Positions 1-14,709 of a stretch of DNA of 64,000 nucleotides are shown piece by piece. Each line of letters starts with the position of its first letter. Within the stretch, counting starts at the first letter, position 1. The notes under the pieces are model-generated. The model searched no databases. It was not told where the DNA came from and saw only the letters and a program-made list of their open reading frames with translations. The translations under genes and the position numbers were made by a program. The stretch lies in assembly GCA_965235115.1 (NCBI GenBank), contig OZ249436.1, forward strand, positions 49,478,001-49,542,000, given 5' to 3'. The stretch is from Laetmonice hystrix (taxonomy: Eukaryota).

Positions 1-2240
1 AGACACACACCCACTGCCGCAGGACGACCCGATCTGTACGGTCGCCCCCCCCCCCCGCCTCACTGTGACAGTAAGTATAGGAGTGAGAGTTACCGTATAT
101 ACAGACACACACCCACTGCCGCGGGACGACCCGATCTGTACGGTCGGCCAGCCCCCCCCCCCCTCACTGTGACAGTAGGTATAGGAGTGAGAGTTACCGT
201 ATATACAGACACACACCCACTGCCGCAGGACGACCCGATCTGTACGGTCGTCCCCCCCCCCCGCCTCACTGTGACAGTAGGTATAGGAGTGAGAGTTACC
301 GTATATACAGACACACACCCACTGCCGCAGGACGACCCGATCTGTACGGTCGGCCAGCCCCCTGCCTCACTGTGACAGTAGGTATAGGAGTGAGAGTTAC
401 CGTATATACAGACACACACACCCACTGCCGCAGGACGACCCGATCTGTACGGTCGGCCAGCCCCCCCCCCCCCGCCTCACTGTGACAGTAGGTATAGGAG
501 TGAGAGTTACCGTATATACAGACACCCACCCACTGCCGCAGGACGACCCGATCTGTACGGTCGGCCAGCCCCCCCCCCCCCCCCGCCTCACTGTGACAGT
601 AGGTATAGGAGTGAGAGTTACCGTATATACAGACACACACCCACTGCCGCAGGACGACCGATCTGTACGGTCGGCCAGCCCCCCGCCTCACTGTGACAGT
701 AGGTATAAGAGTGAGAGTTACCGTATATACAGACACACACCCACTGCCGCAGGACGACCCGATCTGTACGGTCGGCCAGCCCCCCCCCCCCGCCTCACTG
801 TGACAGTAGGTATAGGAGTGAGAGTTACCGTATATACAGACACACACCCACTGCCGCAGGACGACCCGATCTGTACGGTCGGCCAGCCCCCCGCCTCACT
901 GTGACAGTAGGTATAGGAGTGAGAGTTACCGTATATACAGACACACACCCACTGCCGCGGGACGACCCGATCTGTACGGCCGGCCAGCCCCCCGCCTCAC
1001 TGTGACAGTAGGTATAGGAGTGAGAGTTACCGTATATACAGACACACACACCCACTGCCGCAGGACGATCCGATCTGTACGGTCGCCCCTCCCCGCGCCT
1101 CACTGTGACAGTAGGTATAGGAGTGAGAGTTACCGTATATACAGACACACACCCACTGCCGCAGGACGACCCGATCTGTACGGTCGGCCAGCCCACGGCC
1201 TCACTGTGACAGTAGGTATAGGAGTGAGAGTTACCGTATATACAGACACACACACCCACTGCCGCAGGACGATCCGATCTGTACGGTCGCCCCTCCCCGC
1301 GCCTCACTGTGACAGTAGGTATAGGAGTGAGAGTTACCGTATATACAGACACACACCCACTGCCGCAGGACGACCCGATCTGTACGGTCGGCCAGCCCAC
1401 GGCCTCACTGTGACAGTAGGTATAGGAGTGAGAGTTACCGTATATACAGACACACACCCACTGCCGGAGGACGACCCGATCTGTACGGTCGGCCAGCCCC
1501 CCGCCTCACTGTGACAGTAGGTATAGGAGTGAGAGTTACCGTATACAGACCCACCCACTGCCGCAGGACGACCCGATCTGTACGGTCGGCCAGCCCCCCC
1601 CCCCCCCCCCGCCTCACTGTGACAGTAGGTATAGGAGTGAGAGTTACCGTATATACAGACACACACCCACTGCCGCAGGACGACCCGATCTGTACGGTCG
1701 GCCAGCCCCCCCCCCCCCCCCGCCTCACTGTGACAGTAGGTATAGGAGAGAGAGTTACCGTATATACAGACACACACCCACTGCCGCAGGACGACCCGAT
1801 CTGTACGGTCGGCCAGCCCCCCGCCTCACTGTGACAGTAGGTATAGGAGTGAGAGTTACCGTATATACAGACACACACCCACTGCCGCAGGACGACCCGA
1901 TCTGTACGGTCGGCCAGCCCCCCCCCCCCCCCGCCTCACTGTGACAGTAGGTATAGGAGAGAGAGTTACCGTATATACAGACACACACCCACTGCCGCAG
2001 GACGACCCGATCTGTACGGTCGGCCAGCCCCCCGCCTCACTGTGACAGTAGGTATAGGAGTGAGAGTTACCGTATATACAGACACACACCCACTGCCGCA
2101 GGACGACCCGATCTGTACGGTCGGCCAGCCCCCCTCCCCCCGCCTCACTGTGACAGTAGGTATAGGAGTGAGAGTTACCGTATATACAGACACACACCCA
2201 CTGCCGCAGGACGACCCGATCTGTACAGTCGCCCCCCCCC
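1..2240. repeat. Tandem satellite, ~101-110-bp unit with variable poly-C tract (truncated at window start)
   Basis: ~21 copies of ...gcctcactgtgacagtaggtataggagtgagagttaccgtatatacagac... Confidence 0.97.
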
Positions 2241-2607
2241 CGGCCAGCCCCCCCTCTCCATCACCCAGCCGCCCCGTCTCTCGCCAGTAATACATACCTA
2301 TTACACTAATGTAATTAGCAATGAAATGGTTATTAAATTCTCTTGTGATATCTATATTCAGCCATAATGCAGTTAGGCCGCGATGAACTTGTCAAAATGC
2401 GAGAAGCGGTAGGGGAGCGGCAAAATAATGCGATACAGGCGGGCGGCTGCTTTACGTCCAATGCGGTCACAAGGGGCCCGCCAGAGGGGGCGACCAAATT
2501 GGAAGTGAAGGTAGTCATCGCTCAGAAGGCAGAAGGTGACATTCACGTGACCAGCCAGGGATCTCGCGTGAGCAGGGGACCGCTGTGATGCAATAGTATT
2601 TAATAGT

Positions 2608-3078
2608 TTGCGTGATGTTACGTTACATTAAAGTTTACGTGATGTTACGTTACATTTGTTTACGTGATGTTACGTTACATTTGTTTACGTGGTGTTACGT
2701 TACATTTGTTTACGTGGTGTTACGTTACATTTGTTGACGTGTTACGTTACATTTGTTTACGTGATGTTACGTTACATTTGTTACGTGATGTTGCGTTACA
2801 TTTGTTTACGTGATGTTACGTTACATTTGTTTACGTGATGTTACGTTACATTTGTTTACGTGATGTTACGTTACATTTGTTTACGTGATGTTACGTTACA
2901 TTTGTTACGTGATGTTACGTTACATTTGTTTACGTGATGTTACGTTACATTTGTTTACGTGATGTTACGTTACATTTGTTTACGTGATGTTACGTTACAT
3001 TTGTTTACGTGATGTTACGTTACATTTGTTTACGTGATGTTACGTTACATTTGTTTACGTGATGTTACGTTACATTTT
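2608..3078. repeat. Minisatellite, 25-bp unit
   Basis: tttgtttacgtgatgttacgttaca repeated. Confidence 0.95.
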
Positions 3079-3402
3079 GAGGGAAATGGAGGCATTCACA
3101 CGAGAGGAACAGGTCGGAAAGTAAACGATACATTTTTATGTCGGTGAGAACTATATCCAGCAGTGGCGCAAATAATTAAACAGGCGACCTAAAGATAGTA
3201 TTAGATATTTCAACCTAATAGGTGACTTCAATCGGTCTGGAACCCCCTTAAATAATCATTATATCAATGTGTGCCAGAAGAGCTGTAAGCAGCATTTTAT
3301 AATTTCCCTGAATATGTTTCGTTTAGGACCGTAACATGCGTGCTATCCATATCTTGGTGTACGAATCATTATGGCTGGATCTACACATGAACTTCTGCGT
3401 GT

Positions 3403-3853
3403 CCGTATTTATACCTGTTACCCGTATTTATACCTGTTAGACCACGAGATTAAATGTCCCCGTATTTATACCTCTAAGACCACGAGATTAAATATCCCCG
3501 TATTTATACCTGTTAGACCACGAGATTAAATGTCCCCGTATTTATACCTCTAAGACCACGAGATTAAATATCCCCGTATTTATACCTGTCAGACCACGAG
3601 ATTAAATGTGTCCGTATTTATACCTGTAAGACCACGAGATTAAATGTGCCCGTATTTATACCTGTTACCCGTATTTATACCTGTTAGACCACGAGATTAA
3701 ATGTCCCCGTATTTATACCTGTTAGACCACGAGATTAAATATGCCCGTATTTATACCTGTTAGACCACGAGATTAAATATGCCCGTATTTATACCTGTAA
3801 GACCACGAGATTAAATATGCCCGTATTTATACCTGCTAGACTACGAGATTAAA
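3403..3853. repeat. Minisatellite, 38-bp unit
   Basis: ccgtatttatacctgttagaccacgagattaaatgtcc repeated. Confidence 0.95.
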
Positions 3854-4197
3854 TCAAATTTTCAGGATCACGTCTCAACCATAGCAGAAATCAAGACAGG
3901 CGCCTACCCTCTCTTCAACATAGATTACTTCGGCGGAGATCGTTACTAAGCAAATCATCACTTATTTTATCAGGTAACCGGGCAGCGACACACTATTGTT
4001 CTTCACCAGAAAGGAATTCGTCATTAAAGTCAGTTTGCCGGGAATGAACCTTTTCTTTAATCAGGTGAACTATGAACTAGCACTTTTTTTCGATGCCAAC
4101 AAACCTGCCCTATCGCATGTATATGTGCATTCGGCCCCCTATTGGTCAGTACATTAGTGGAGAAATAGTATTCGACAATTCCCGGCAACCGTTCTGC

Positions 4198-5102
4198 CGG
4201 AGATAGCCCTGGGCCCGTATACGGGCTTCCTCCCTCAGTGAGTCCGGAGATAGCCCTGTGCCTGTATACGGGCTGTCTCTCAGTGAGTCCGGAGATAGCC
4301 ATGGGCCTGTATACGGGCTGCCTCCCTCAGTGAGTCCGGAGATAGTTCTGGGCCTGTATCCGGGCTGTCTCTCTCAGCGAGTCCGGAGATAGCCCTGAGC
4401 CTGTATACGGGCTGCCTCCCTCAGTGAGTTCGGAGATAGCCCTGGGCCTGTATACAGGCTGTCTCTCCCAGTGAGTCCGGAGATAGCCCTGGGCCTGTAT
4501 ACAGGCTGCCTCCCTCAGTGAGTTCGGAGACAGCCCTGGGCCTGTACGGGCTGCCTCCCTCAGTGAGTTCGGAGATAGCCCTGGGCCTGTATACAGGCTG
4601 TCTCTCTCAGTGAGTCCGGAGATAGCCCTGGGCCTGTATACAGGCTGCCTCCCTCAGTGAGTTCGGAGATAGCCCTGGGCCTGTATACAGGCTGTCTCTC
4701 TCAGTGAGTCCGGAGATAGCCCTGGGCTTGTATACGGGCTGCCTCCCTCAGTGAGTTCGGAGATAGCCCTGGGCCTGTATACGGGCTGCCTCCCTCAGTG
4801 AGTTCGGAGATAGCCCTGGGCCTGTATACAGGCTGTCTCTCTTAGTGAGTCCAGAGATAGCCCTGGGCCTGTATACAGGCTGCCTCCCTCAGTGAGTTCG
4901 GAGACAGCCCTGGGCCTGTATACGGGCTGCCTCCCTCAGTGAGTTCGGAGATAGCCCTGGGCCTGTATACAGGCTGTCTCTCTCAGTGAGTCCGGAGGTA
5001 CATCCCTGGGCCTGTATACGGGCTGTCTCTCTCAGTGAGTCTGGAGATAGCCATGGGCCTGTATACTATGGGCTCTCTCTCTCTCTCTTTCTCTCTCTAT
5101 CC

Positions 5103-5144
<42 letters not shown>

Positions 5145-5357
5145 GTGAGTTCGGAGATAGCCCTGGGCCTGTATACGGGCTGTCTCTCTCAGTGAGTCCT
5201 GAGGTATATCCCTGGGCCTGTATACAGGCTGTCTCTCTCAGTGAGTCCGGAGGTACATCCCTGGGCCTGTATACGGGCTGTCTCTCTCAGTGAGTCCGGA
5301 GATAGCCATGGGCCTGTATACTATGGGCTCTCTCTCTCTCTCTTTCTCTCTCTATCC

Positions 5358-5414
<57 letters not shown>

Positions 5415-5693
5415 TCTCTCTCTCTCTCTCCCTCAGTGAGTTCGGAGATAGCCCTGGGCCTGTATACGGGCTGCCTCCCTCAGTGAGTCCGGGGATAGCC
5501 CTGGGCCTGTATACGGGCTGCCTCCCTCAGTGAGTTCGGAGATAGCCCTGGGCCTGTATACAGGCTGTCTCTCTCAGTGAGTCCGGAGGTACATCCCTGG
5601 GCCTGTATACGGGCTGTCTCTCTCAGTGAGTCTGGAGATAGCCATGGGCCTGTATACTATGGGCTCTCTCTCTCTCTCTTTCTCTCTCTACCC

Positions 5694-5757
<64 letters not shown>

Positions 5758-6119
5758 GTGAGTTCGGAGATAGCCCTGGGCCTGTATACGGGCTGTCTCT
5801 CTCAGTGAGTCCGGAGATAGTTCTGGGCCTGTGTGCGGGCTGCCTCCCTCAGTGAGTTCGGAGATAGCCCTGGGCCTGTACACGGGCTGTCTCTCTCAGT
5901 GAGTCCTGAGGTATATCCCTGGGCCTGTATACAGGCTGTCTCTCTCAGTGAGTCCGGAGGTACATCCCTGGGCCTGTATACGGGCTGTCTCTCTCAGTGA
6001 GTCCGGAGATAGCCATGGGCCTGTATACTATGGGCTCTCTCTCTCTTTCTCTCTCTATCCCCCTCCCTCTCTCTCTCTCTCTCTCTCTCACTCTCTCTCT
6101 CTCTCTCTCTCCACTCTCT

Positions 6120-6159
<40 letters not shown>

Positions 6160-6437
6160 CCTCAGTGAGTTCGGAGATAGCCCTGGGCCTGTATACGGGC
6201 TGCCTCCCTCAGTGAGTCCGGGGATAGCCCTGGGCCTGTATACGGGCTGCCTCCCTCAGTGAGTTCGGAGATAGCCCCGGGCCTGTATACAGGCTGTCTC
6301 TCTCAGTGAGTTCGGAGATAGCCCTGGGCCTGTATACGGGCTGCCTCCCTCAGTGAGTTCGGAGATAGCTCTGGGCCTGTATACGGGCTGCCTCCCTCAG
6401 TGAGTTCGGAGATAGCCCTGGGCCTATATCCGGAGAT
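4198..6437. repeat. Satellite, 47/49-bp unit with embedded expanded (CT)n tracts
   Basis: cagtgagt(t/c)cggagatagccctgggcctgtatacgggctg + cctccct/tctctct. Confidence 0.96.
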
Positions 6438-9400
6438 ATAATATATTGGCTGTGTTTCTCCCCTGCTGCCAGAGACGCTGCACCGGTTTTCTTCCACCAG
6501 GTGTCACCCCCGGGAGCTGTTTCGTACGTCAGCGAGCGAAGACATAGAAAAGTCCCTTCTTTCCTCATCCAAGGACTGAATCGGAAAATTATCAGCTATT
6601 TGGATATTTTCCATTACCATGATAATGTATACCGGCAATTTATCCTACGTAGCGATGTATGTAATAATTGTTACCGAAATCCTACGCGACCTAGTATATG
6701 CATGCCTTCTTTATTGAGATATTTACATGTCTATTTCAATAACTTTTCTATATTCATCATGTTTATGAGCACTTTTTAATCTTACAAATTTTCAATATTG
6801 GACTCGTAACGTTGTTGTTACAAGTCACGCAAAACATTAAAATTTGTTGTGAATTTATATACGTGTTAAGATGTATGCAATGTTGGTGTGCGTGGATGTG
6901 TGCGTGTGCGTTAGTGTTAGTGCGTTAGTGTTGAGAGTACACAACGCAGACCCAATTATTTCATTGCCTCAGTAAATAATTGCTGTTACGTGAGAACACA
7001 TGTCCCTTTACATTTTTTACTTTGCTTTTCCCCTGTAAAAATGTCATTGAGACCTGGAGTACCACAATGATGTCGATCTTTGAGGTACTTCTGATAAGGA
7101 TCATAATTATCTTTTTAAAATAACGTGCAGACGAGAGGCACTGGGCTACAAAACACAGCTGTTGTGCCTGATGTGATTATTCTAAATGTAATGTTTATGA
7201 CATGTGCATTCGCATCTAAATTTTTAACGAGTTTACCGCTTAATATCTCGAAGTAATCGAATTTGCATTATTTGCTGATAATCAGATTACGACTGTTTTG
7301 CAGAATTAAAATGTACGCGAGATTTTATCCCGCAGGAGCATGCGCATTACGTCAAATTACCAGATATCCGGTGAAGTACTTTCTTACGTGTGCCAGCGGC
7401 AAGTTCCAAGGACACAACTTGTCTGCAAACTTCACCGTCGAAATATAAAGAACTTTTTCGACGAATGCCATATACACACATGGCAGTCTATACGTCGTGC
7501 CTGCAGGCAAAGTTAATGCGGATTTCCTTTTGGAGTGGCTTCTACGATGCCTTATTACTGCAGTTGTGGCGAGCTATTAGGTTTTTACATTAGATAAGAT
7601 GACCCAGGTGTAATTGTTTTAATCTCGAGGGCCAGGTTTATCCCCAAGACTCTGACAGTCTGGGCTGCGGGCGGGCGATTCATCAAAAGATCCACGGCGT
7701 ACGGGTGGTTTCTTTCCAATCTGTGCGGGCAAAAGTACGAACTTATTTCATTAACCGCCAAGGATTCAGGCTCTAGAATTGCACTGAAGTGGGAGGGCCA
7801 ATCCGATCTGGCCGCGACCAATGACTTTATAATCCACAACTGATCTCGATAGATCAAATAGGAAGGCACATCATATCCAATAATGACGACGAACCGCGAT
7901 TTCTCCATTTGCCGATATCTAATTCAAGGCTCGGCCCCCCAATCCGCGAAGCCCGATCGAATGACACCAGCTTCACCCGGAGCACGGATCCTTTCCGCCT
8001 CCGACGCCAAAGAGCGAACCACACTATTCTATCCAGATCTATACAAGGATGATATAAACACGAGATAAATAATTCAGTGGATTTTGTTAGCTAATTCAAT
8101 AACCATGATGAAGTGCAGGCGAGCCCCGTGTCTATGAATTACAAGTATCCATTCCGCAATGAAAAATTTATACTTGCTTCTGCGGCAATCGGCCCGCAAG
8201 ATGGCTCTGTAATTTAATCAGTGTGTCTCCTGCGATTTCCGGTTGTACCAACTGTGACTTGTGCTGGGCAGAGCGATCGCAGCGCCACCGTTATCCACGC
8301 ATTCTCTCAGCTTACTAGGCGAGCATGCAGGTAGTAGAGATGATGACAACAGAATCCCTTGTTTGACACAGAAAGGGATTCCTTGTTGTGTAATAGGTCA
8401 TTAAGAAGGAATAAAAATGTATAACGGTTGGGTGTTCTTTCTGCATGAATGTGAACGCTCAACAAAAGGTTCCCTCCTAGCCAGCCCCCTCCCACCCCAT
8501 CCTCTTGCAAAGTACCAACCTAGCTCAGGAATACGTTACATTTCAGCCCCCCCACCCCCACCCCAATGACAGAAAGAATAAGAGAAGAGGTTTATCGCCT
8601 CTGCAGAGAGGCAAGTGTCAAGTTGAGGCTGAGACTAAATAAAAGAGACGTCTCAAGCGACCCAGAATCAGGTTTGCTCCGGGTTATTTTCTTCAATTTG
8701 TTAAGAGTGTTTTAATTTCATAGTAAGGCGCAGATTTAGCCACTAACAAATCGCATTTCCCTGCAGGACAATCCTTAGTTCTTCAGCCGTGCGAAAGGCT
8801 GCTATGAGAAATGTCGGAAACTCGATGCCAATTTTGCACCTGAAGTTGGTTTCCATGGTGACAAACCTGTGATTGAATTCAATCTTTGGTGAAATGTAGT
8901 TAACTGAAGAGGTTTGATTCGATGGTTCCTGGGGTGGATTGAATACCATTGTGACTGCCGTGGGGCCCTGACTTAGTGCTGACCGTGTCTCCGAGTTGGT
9001 AGGCTAAAGTACGTGGTTATACTGGCGACACGCTGAGGCTTGCATTGTGACCATACGGTGCCATAATATGATGGCAGACCATCTCATTGTTCACGACTGA
9101 TTGTCATCTTTGAGTGGAGAGTATAAATCTAAACTAGATTGGTCCAGACAGAGAGCATAGCGGATGTATCAAAAGGTGCATATAGTATAATCATCAATTT
9201 TGGTGACACTTTGTAGATAGACATTGATGGAATAGGTTTAGGCACTGGCTCAGAGCTCAACATTAGGATCACCATGGGTATCAGTCGGGTAGTCATAGGA
9301 ACCTTCACCAAATCCGTCCCTGAGTCTGAAGACTGATACTATATGGATTTGTTTAGGTTCAGTGACGAGATGTTTTGGTCCACTATAGGAAATAACAAGA

Positions 9401-12186
9401 AGATGTAGTGTACTCAGTGGTTGAATTTGCGAACAACTGATGTTGTCAAAGGTGAACACAGCAACATGTTTGGGAGGAGGTGCATGAGCCTGAACTTTAT
9501 ACACCATTCATATTTACACGCCATTCCTCGAACACCAAAGTTCGCCTTTTATCCATACAACATGGAGCTATATGGTGTGCGTGAGTAACCGAGGATCTAA
9601 CGGAAATTATTTATTTGTTTATTTATGTTTCTATTTATTATTTATTTACTTATTTACTGCTCATCCATTCATTCCTTTGACTCCGTGTACACACACCTTT
9701 GTGTGGTGTTGTGTTCTTGGTGGCAGCACTGTGAATTCCTCCGCTCAGAGACCTCCTATCTGCAGGCGGTCTCCATACACACGTGTTCAAGGTCTTGGCG
9801 GATCCACCACTACAGACACGGCTTAATTCCATTGAACCGACTGGGCATTGTGTACAACTGCCATCTCATGGCTTCATTTACTTCTTTCTCCCTAAATCAG
9901 ATTGCCCAAACTGAATCGTATCATGTACATCTACGGTATCTTCTGCTGGTAGACGAGGGGAAATCCGATTACATTAACTTAATTCTCCTTGAAATGGAAG
10001 AAGCACGGAGCATAAAGCCACAGCAGAGCCGAACAAACCACGCGGTTACCAAGGTAATGTCATTGTCAGTGCACTGATACACACGCGATTATATTTCAAC
10101 CGGAATCCCTAAAAACAATAAAGCTCGGACGGTAGGCTAATGGCGAATTAGATTAGTGTCTACCCGATGGTAACGTGATGCTGCCCTCACCATGGTGACG
10201 TCATTAGGGTGGGGCCATATCAACGGTGGACATTACATTCTGCTACAGACGATCTCGAGTTCTGTGTGAGATTCACACATAACCTTGATGTTGGTTAGGC
10301 TATCTACCTTCTCATGCCAGCCTGGCAATAGCACACTACTTTTATCATCATTTGTTCTCTTCAGGCAGCCGATTGCGGCTGTTGCTAGCGTCCGCAAAAC
10401 GCGCTGAGCAGACGACATCACGTTTAGCCCGGCGGTCAGAGCGGCTTGAGGCGCGCGCCGTCACGTGCCATTAGCATTACAATGCTATACGCCCCTCCTA
10501 ACACAGTTTGGGATTTCGCGGGCGGGCGGATCATTCCATTAAAGTCTAATCTCCTGCTCTGATCCCATCTGACGAGCCTCTAAAACGCCATGGCTGCAAT
10601 GTGAACAGGTCCCTATTCGCCATTAGCAGGAAACGTCTTTTCTGGCTTGTTCTCTAGCAATAATTACTCTTCCGTAGGATTTAGGCCTTGACCGGGGTGG
10701 GTTCGCACACTACCCCCTACAGATGTTTGAATAACACTACAGCGCTTCCTGGATGAGCGTCCTAGCTAAATGTTCCTACTCAAAAATCGATGGGGCCGAT
10801 TTAATTACGGCTGTTTCAAATTATCCTGTCAAGATAACACGGCACTTTATAAGATCATCCCTAAACCTTCACTCCGCCCATTATGTCTTCTCACTCATTT
10901 GATTCGAATTCACCAGAAACTAGTTTAGCGAACGCTGCTCATTTCGTTGTCGGGGCTGGGCTCATAACACGTCACGTGGGGTCTGTGGTGTATTCCTCTC
11001 CCCCAGCGAACAGACTCAAGGTGAGGTCTTATACTCCAAGATAAAATCGACTGCTATAGTCAGGCATTAGTGAAACAACAAGCAGAGACCCCAGCAGACA
11101 GTGATATGTGCCTGTTGTCTTGGCATCCCAATTAATGGTTGATCTGGGTCAAGGAGTTCGTTATGGACGGTCGAACTTATAACTCTACATATCACAAAAT
11201 GATGGCCCAGTAAACACTACCCAATGAAGGCCAGACGAGAAGTTACAATAGTGAGGACGACGCCTCATCGGCCCTTCACGATGGTGGAATTACTCAACCC
11301 TTCCCACATGAATATCATCATAAATAATTCAACAATTAAATCGCGTTATTTCTGCGCAAAGCTTTTAAGGCCAATTACCGTAAGCAAGCGGTAGAAAGTT
11401 TATCGGATTATATTAGTTAAAACAATTATAAGAAAATGACATTAACTGTATTAATTTAAAAGTAATCGAGCAAAAGTAAACATGGAAGTTTATTCCGGCG
11501 GGGGGGGGGCGACTGTTTCAAGTTTTGACAACATTCCATAAGTGAAAGACTGACACAGGATGATTATATACAGTGACAGTTGTCCACGTGTACTAGTGGA
11601 AAGGTTTTGGCCCCTAGTTTAAAAGTTTAGAAGGGGGCTTTCCTCCTGCCATCTCCTGATTCCTATAATGTACTGAGATTGTTGGTGTTACCGACGAGAA
11701 CCCGACCCGGCCCGCGCGTTCACATTCTCCCCGCCTCCCCCGTCCATCTCCCGGGACCCGCCACAGACATGTGCGCCGCGCAATGTGCAATATTGGCGCT
11801 CGGATGAGATTTGGAATGATTTTTCATTTTCGAAATTCCGCAATATCAAATTTGCCCAAGATCGACCGACCCCTCTACGAAATTATGACAATTTCGTCAC
11901 CGAATTCGCCTTCGGAAATCTCCAAGGACGACGAGTTCTTTTCGACTAAAGAGGTAAAACTGGACTCGTCAGTGCGTTAGTGGGCAAATTTTGGCATTCA
12001 TTCTATTTACTGTGTGTGCATATTGAATTTGCCGATTTTGACCTCACTTGGGTTTATACATTATGTAAAGCCCGGGACATCAATGACTGTAACCAATTCA
12101 CCACATGCACCGAGTTTCCTTTGTCAGAGAGTAATGGTCGCTTTTATGTTCTAGAAGATTTTAGGACGCGGATTCTGAGAATATTG

Positions 12187-12907
12187 GTATTTCAGCATCA
12201 CCAGAGAGTATTTCAGCATCATCAGAGCGTATTTCAGCATTATCAGAGTATTTCACCATCACCAGGGAGTATTTCAGCATCATCAGAGTAGTTCAGCATC
12301 ATCAGAGAGTATTTCAGCATCATCAGGGAGTATTTCAGCATCATCAGAGTAGTTCAGCATCATCATAGAGTATTCCACCATTACCAGGGAGTATTTCAGC
12401 ATCATCATAGAGTATTCCACCATTACCAGGGAGTATTTCAGCATCATCAGAGAGTATTTCAGCCATAGAGTATTTCCACATCATCAGAGAGTATTTCAGC
12501 ATCATCAGAGAGTATTTCAGCATCATCAGAGAGTATTTTAGCATCATCATAGAGTATTTCCACATCACCAGAGAGTATTTCAACACCACCAGAGAGTATT
12601 TCAGCATCACCAAAGAGTATTTCAGCATCATCATAGAGTATGTCACCATCATCAGAGAGTATTTCACCATCATCAGAGCGTATTTCAGCATCATCATAGA
12701 GTATTTCCACATCACCAGAGAGTATTTCAGCATCATCAGAGAGTATTTCATCACCATCAGAGAGTATTTCATCACCATCAGAGAGTATTTCATCACCATC
12801 AGAGAGTATTTCAGCATCATCAGAGAGTATTTCATCACCATCAGAGAGTATTTAATCACCATCAGAGAGTATTTCAGCATCATCAGAGAGTATTTCAGCA
12901 TCATCAG
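12187..12907. repeat. Minisatellite, 21-bp unit
   Basis: gagagtatttcagcatcatca repeated; source of the MMLKYSL ORF. Confidence 0.95.
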
Positions 12908-13519
12908 GGAAAGAAATTACGTTAAATGTAACGTTCAGTCTGCTAGTTCACGACCAACATCGACACCATACTATTCTGGAGTTTATTCACTCACTCAACT
13001 CACTCAATCTCAATACCCTGACCAAAACTATTCTTGTCTTTAAGGATAACTTCGAGATAATACAAACTATTTATATAAAAAGCCATTGATGACAGAGCCA
13101 TGCAGGCAAGGAGCTATGATTTCTCTGCCATTTACACAAAATATCTCTAAATGTTGGACGACGGTGACAGGATGGAGCGACTACTCGTCTATGAGATAAG
13201 TCGATAATATCACATTGGATTTAATGGGGTATACCTCTTATAGCGACATTAATAGTACTTGGGGAGAATTGGGGGGAGGAATGGCTAATCCTTTCTATAT
13301 AGGTCAGCCAGTCTGACAGGTTGCCCTCATCAAAAGTCGGTAAAGATAGCATCTTATATAACTGTTCTGTGCCGTACTCACACTCTGACCATCGTATCCA
13401 GCATGGTCGAGCAGTTCTATGTAACCGTTCACTATTTCGGATAGTATTTATACGATAATTATGACCGCTTATTTAAGAATAAATCCTGTTATCTTTTCAG
13501 CCCCTTTGCCTGGTGTTAT

Positions 13520-14420
13520 TTGCACGCCCCTCTCGCTCTGAACCCGGAGGGTGGTGGTCTCAACGTCTGTCCCCGTCTCGGTGAACGAGTCGTAGTGAGA
13601 CCGTCTTACACCCTGGCCGTCCCCGCGCGCCGGGAGCCCCGGGCCGGCATGCAGGGCGGGCACGGCCTTCATCTGGCCAGTGTTATCTTTTCTTTGTTCA
13701 AGGTTGAGGCGGCTGGCCAGTGTCGTGTGGCGGGCCTGGGGGACGGTACGGCCGGCGAGTCGTCCGGCCGGGCCTCCCCGATACCGCCCCAACTCGCCCT
13801 CCCCCTCCCCCTCCCATCATCCGCCCCCTGGGGGCCTACCTGCCCCCGCCGCGCACTGCCAGAACCCAGCCATTTCACATCTAAATAAATTTAGTGTAAA
13901 TTAGATTATTATTTTATATAATTTACACGGCGTCATTACTCGGCGTAATTTAGTCAATGAGACCTAATGTGATTATGATTTGTACGGATTTGACAAATCG
14001 GTGATGGACTGGTAGGGCAGGCAGGACAGGCCAGGGGCAGCCATCGACCAGTGCACTGTACCGTCCCCATTAGACTAACCGATACTGGACAAATTGGGTT
14101 TCAATATTTATAATATCATGACTTAATTAGAGCGAGTGTGTAATTGGGGAGTGGTGCCGACGTCCAATTAGAGCGTGGGAAGGGGGCTGGCAGGGCGGCC
14201 AGCAGTAGGCAGGCCAGGCCAGTGGCCATTCCAGCCAAATCACATTGCCATCGACTTTGTCCGCAAGTCGGCACACCGACTCTAAGGTCTTCTAAATGCC
14301 GCCAGGTGCCGCTGGTGTCAAGTGCACGTGCCTGAGTCTATCTCGTCATTAAGGCGATCCGAACACACGTGCTTTATTACGCAATCAGCACGGCAGCTAA
14401 TCCAATCAAACACATCATTA
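13520..14420. promoter_or_regulatory. CpG-rich block followed by homeodomain-site cluster (candidate enhancer)
   Basis: GC-rich 13520-13870 with CATCTG and CTTTGTT motifs, then dense TAAT cores including P3 TAATGTGATTA at 13965-13975. Confidence 0.3.
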
Positions 14421-14709
14421 ACCCATCGTCGTATGGCGACGCTTGAACAGACGCTTACAATGGACGGGGGCACTTGGCAAAGGGCAGAAACAGGCGCTAC
14501 ATATGGTTCAGCTTATAGAGGCTACGGCGCTTCTATAGTCAGCATTCTTAACTCGTGCCCACTCCCAAACGCTTAATTGCCTTTTATTTGTCAATAATTA
14601 TTTAAGTATAAAAACGTCATGTAATAACTTCCAGTGAACTATCTCATCACAATGTGCAATCGCGTTAAAGAGAAATCCTACAGAAGTTTGGACATTCATG
14701 TCAAACTGA

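Noticed and set aside
1..2240. Regular repeats resembling a CRISPR array (also 25332-26675, 60076-61243)
   Set aside because: Units are contiguous with no unique spacers, there are no cas genes, and the context is eukaryotic.
9129..9507. Short ORFs that might be a decayed transposon or pseudogene
   Set aside because: No recognisable motif and interrupted by stops; cannot be supported without a search.
12344..12904. Repetitive ORFs MMLKYSL / DDAEILS (also 17360-17734, 27874-28557, 55824-56354)
   Set aside because: Produced by tandem arrays; no unique coding flanks or exon signals.
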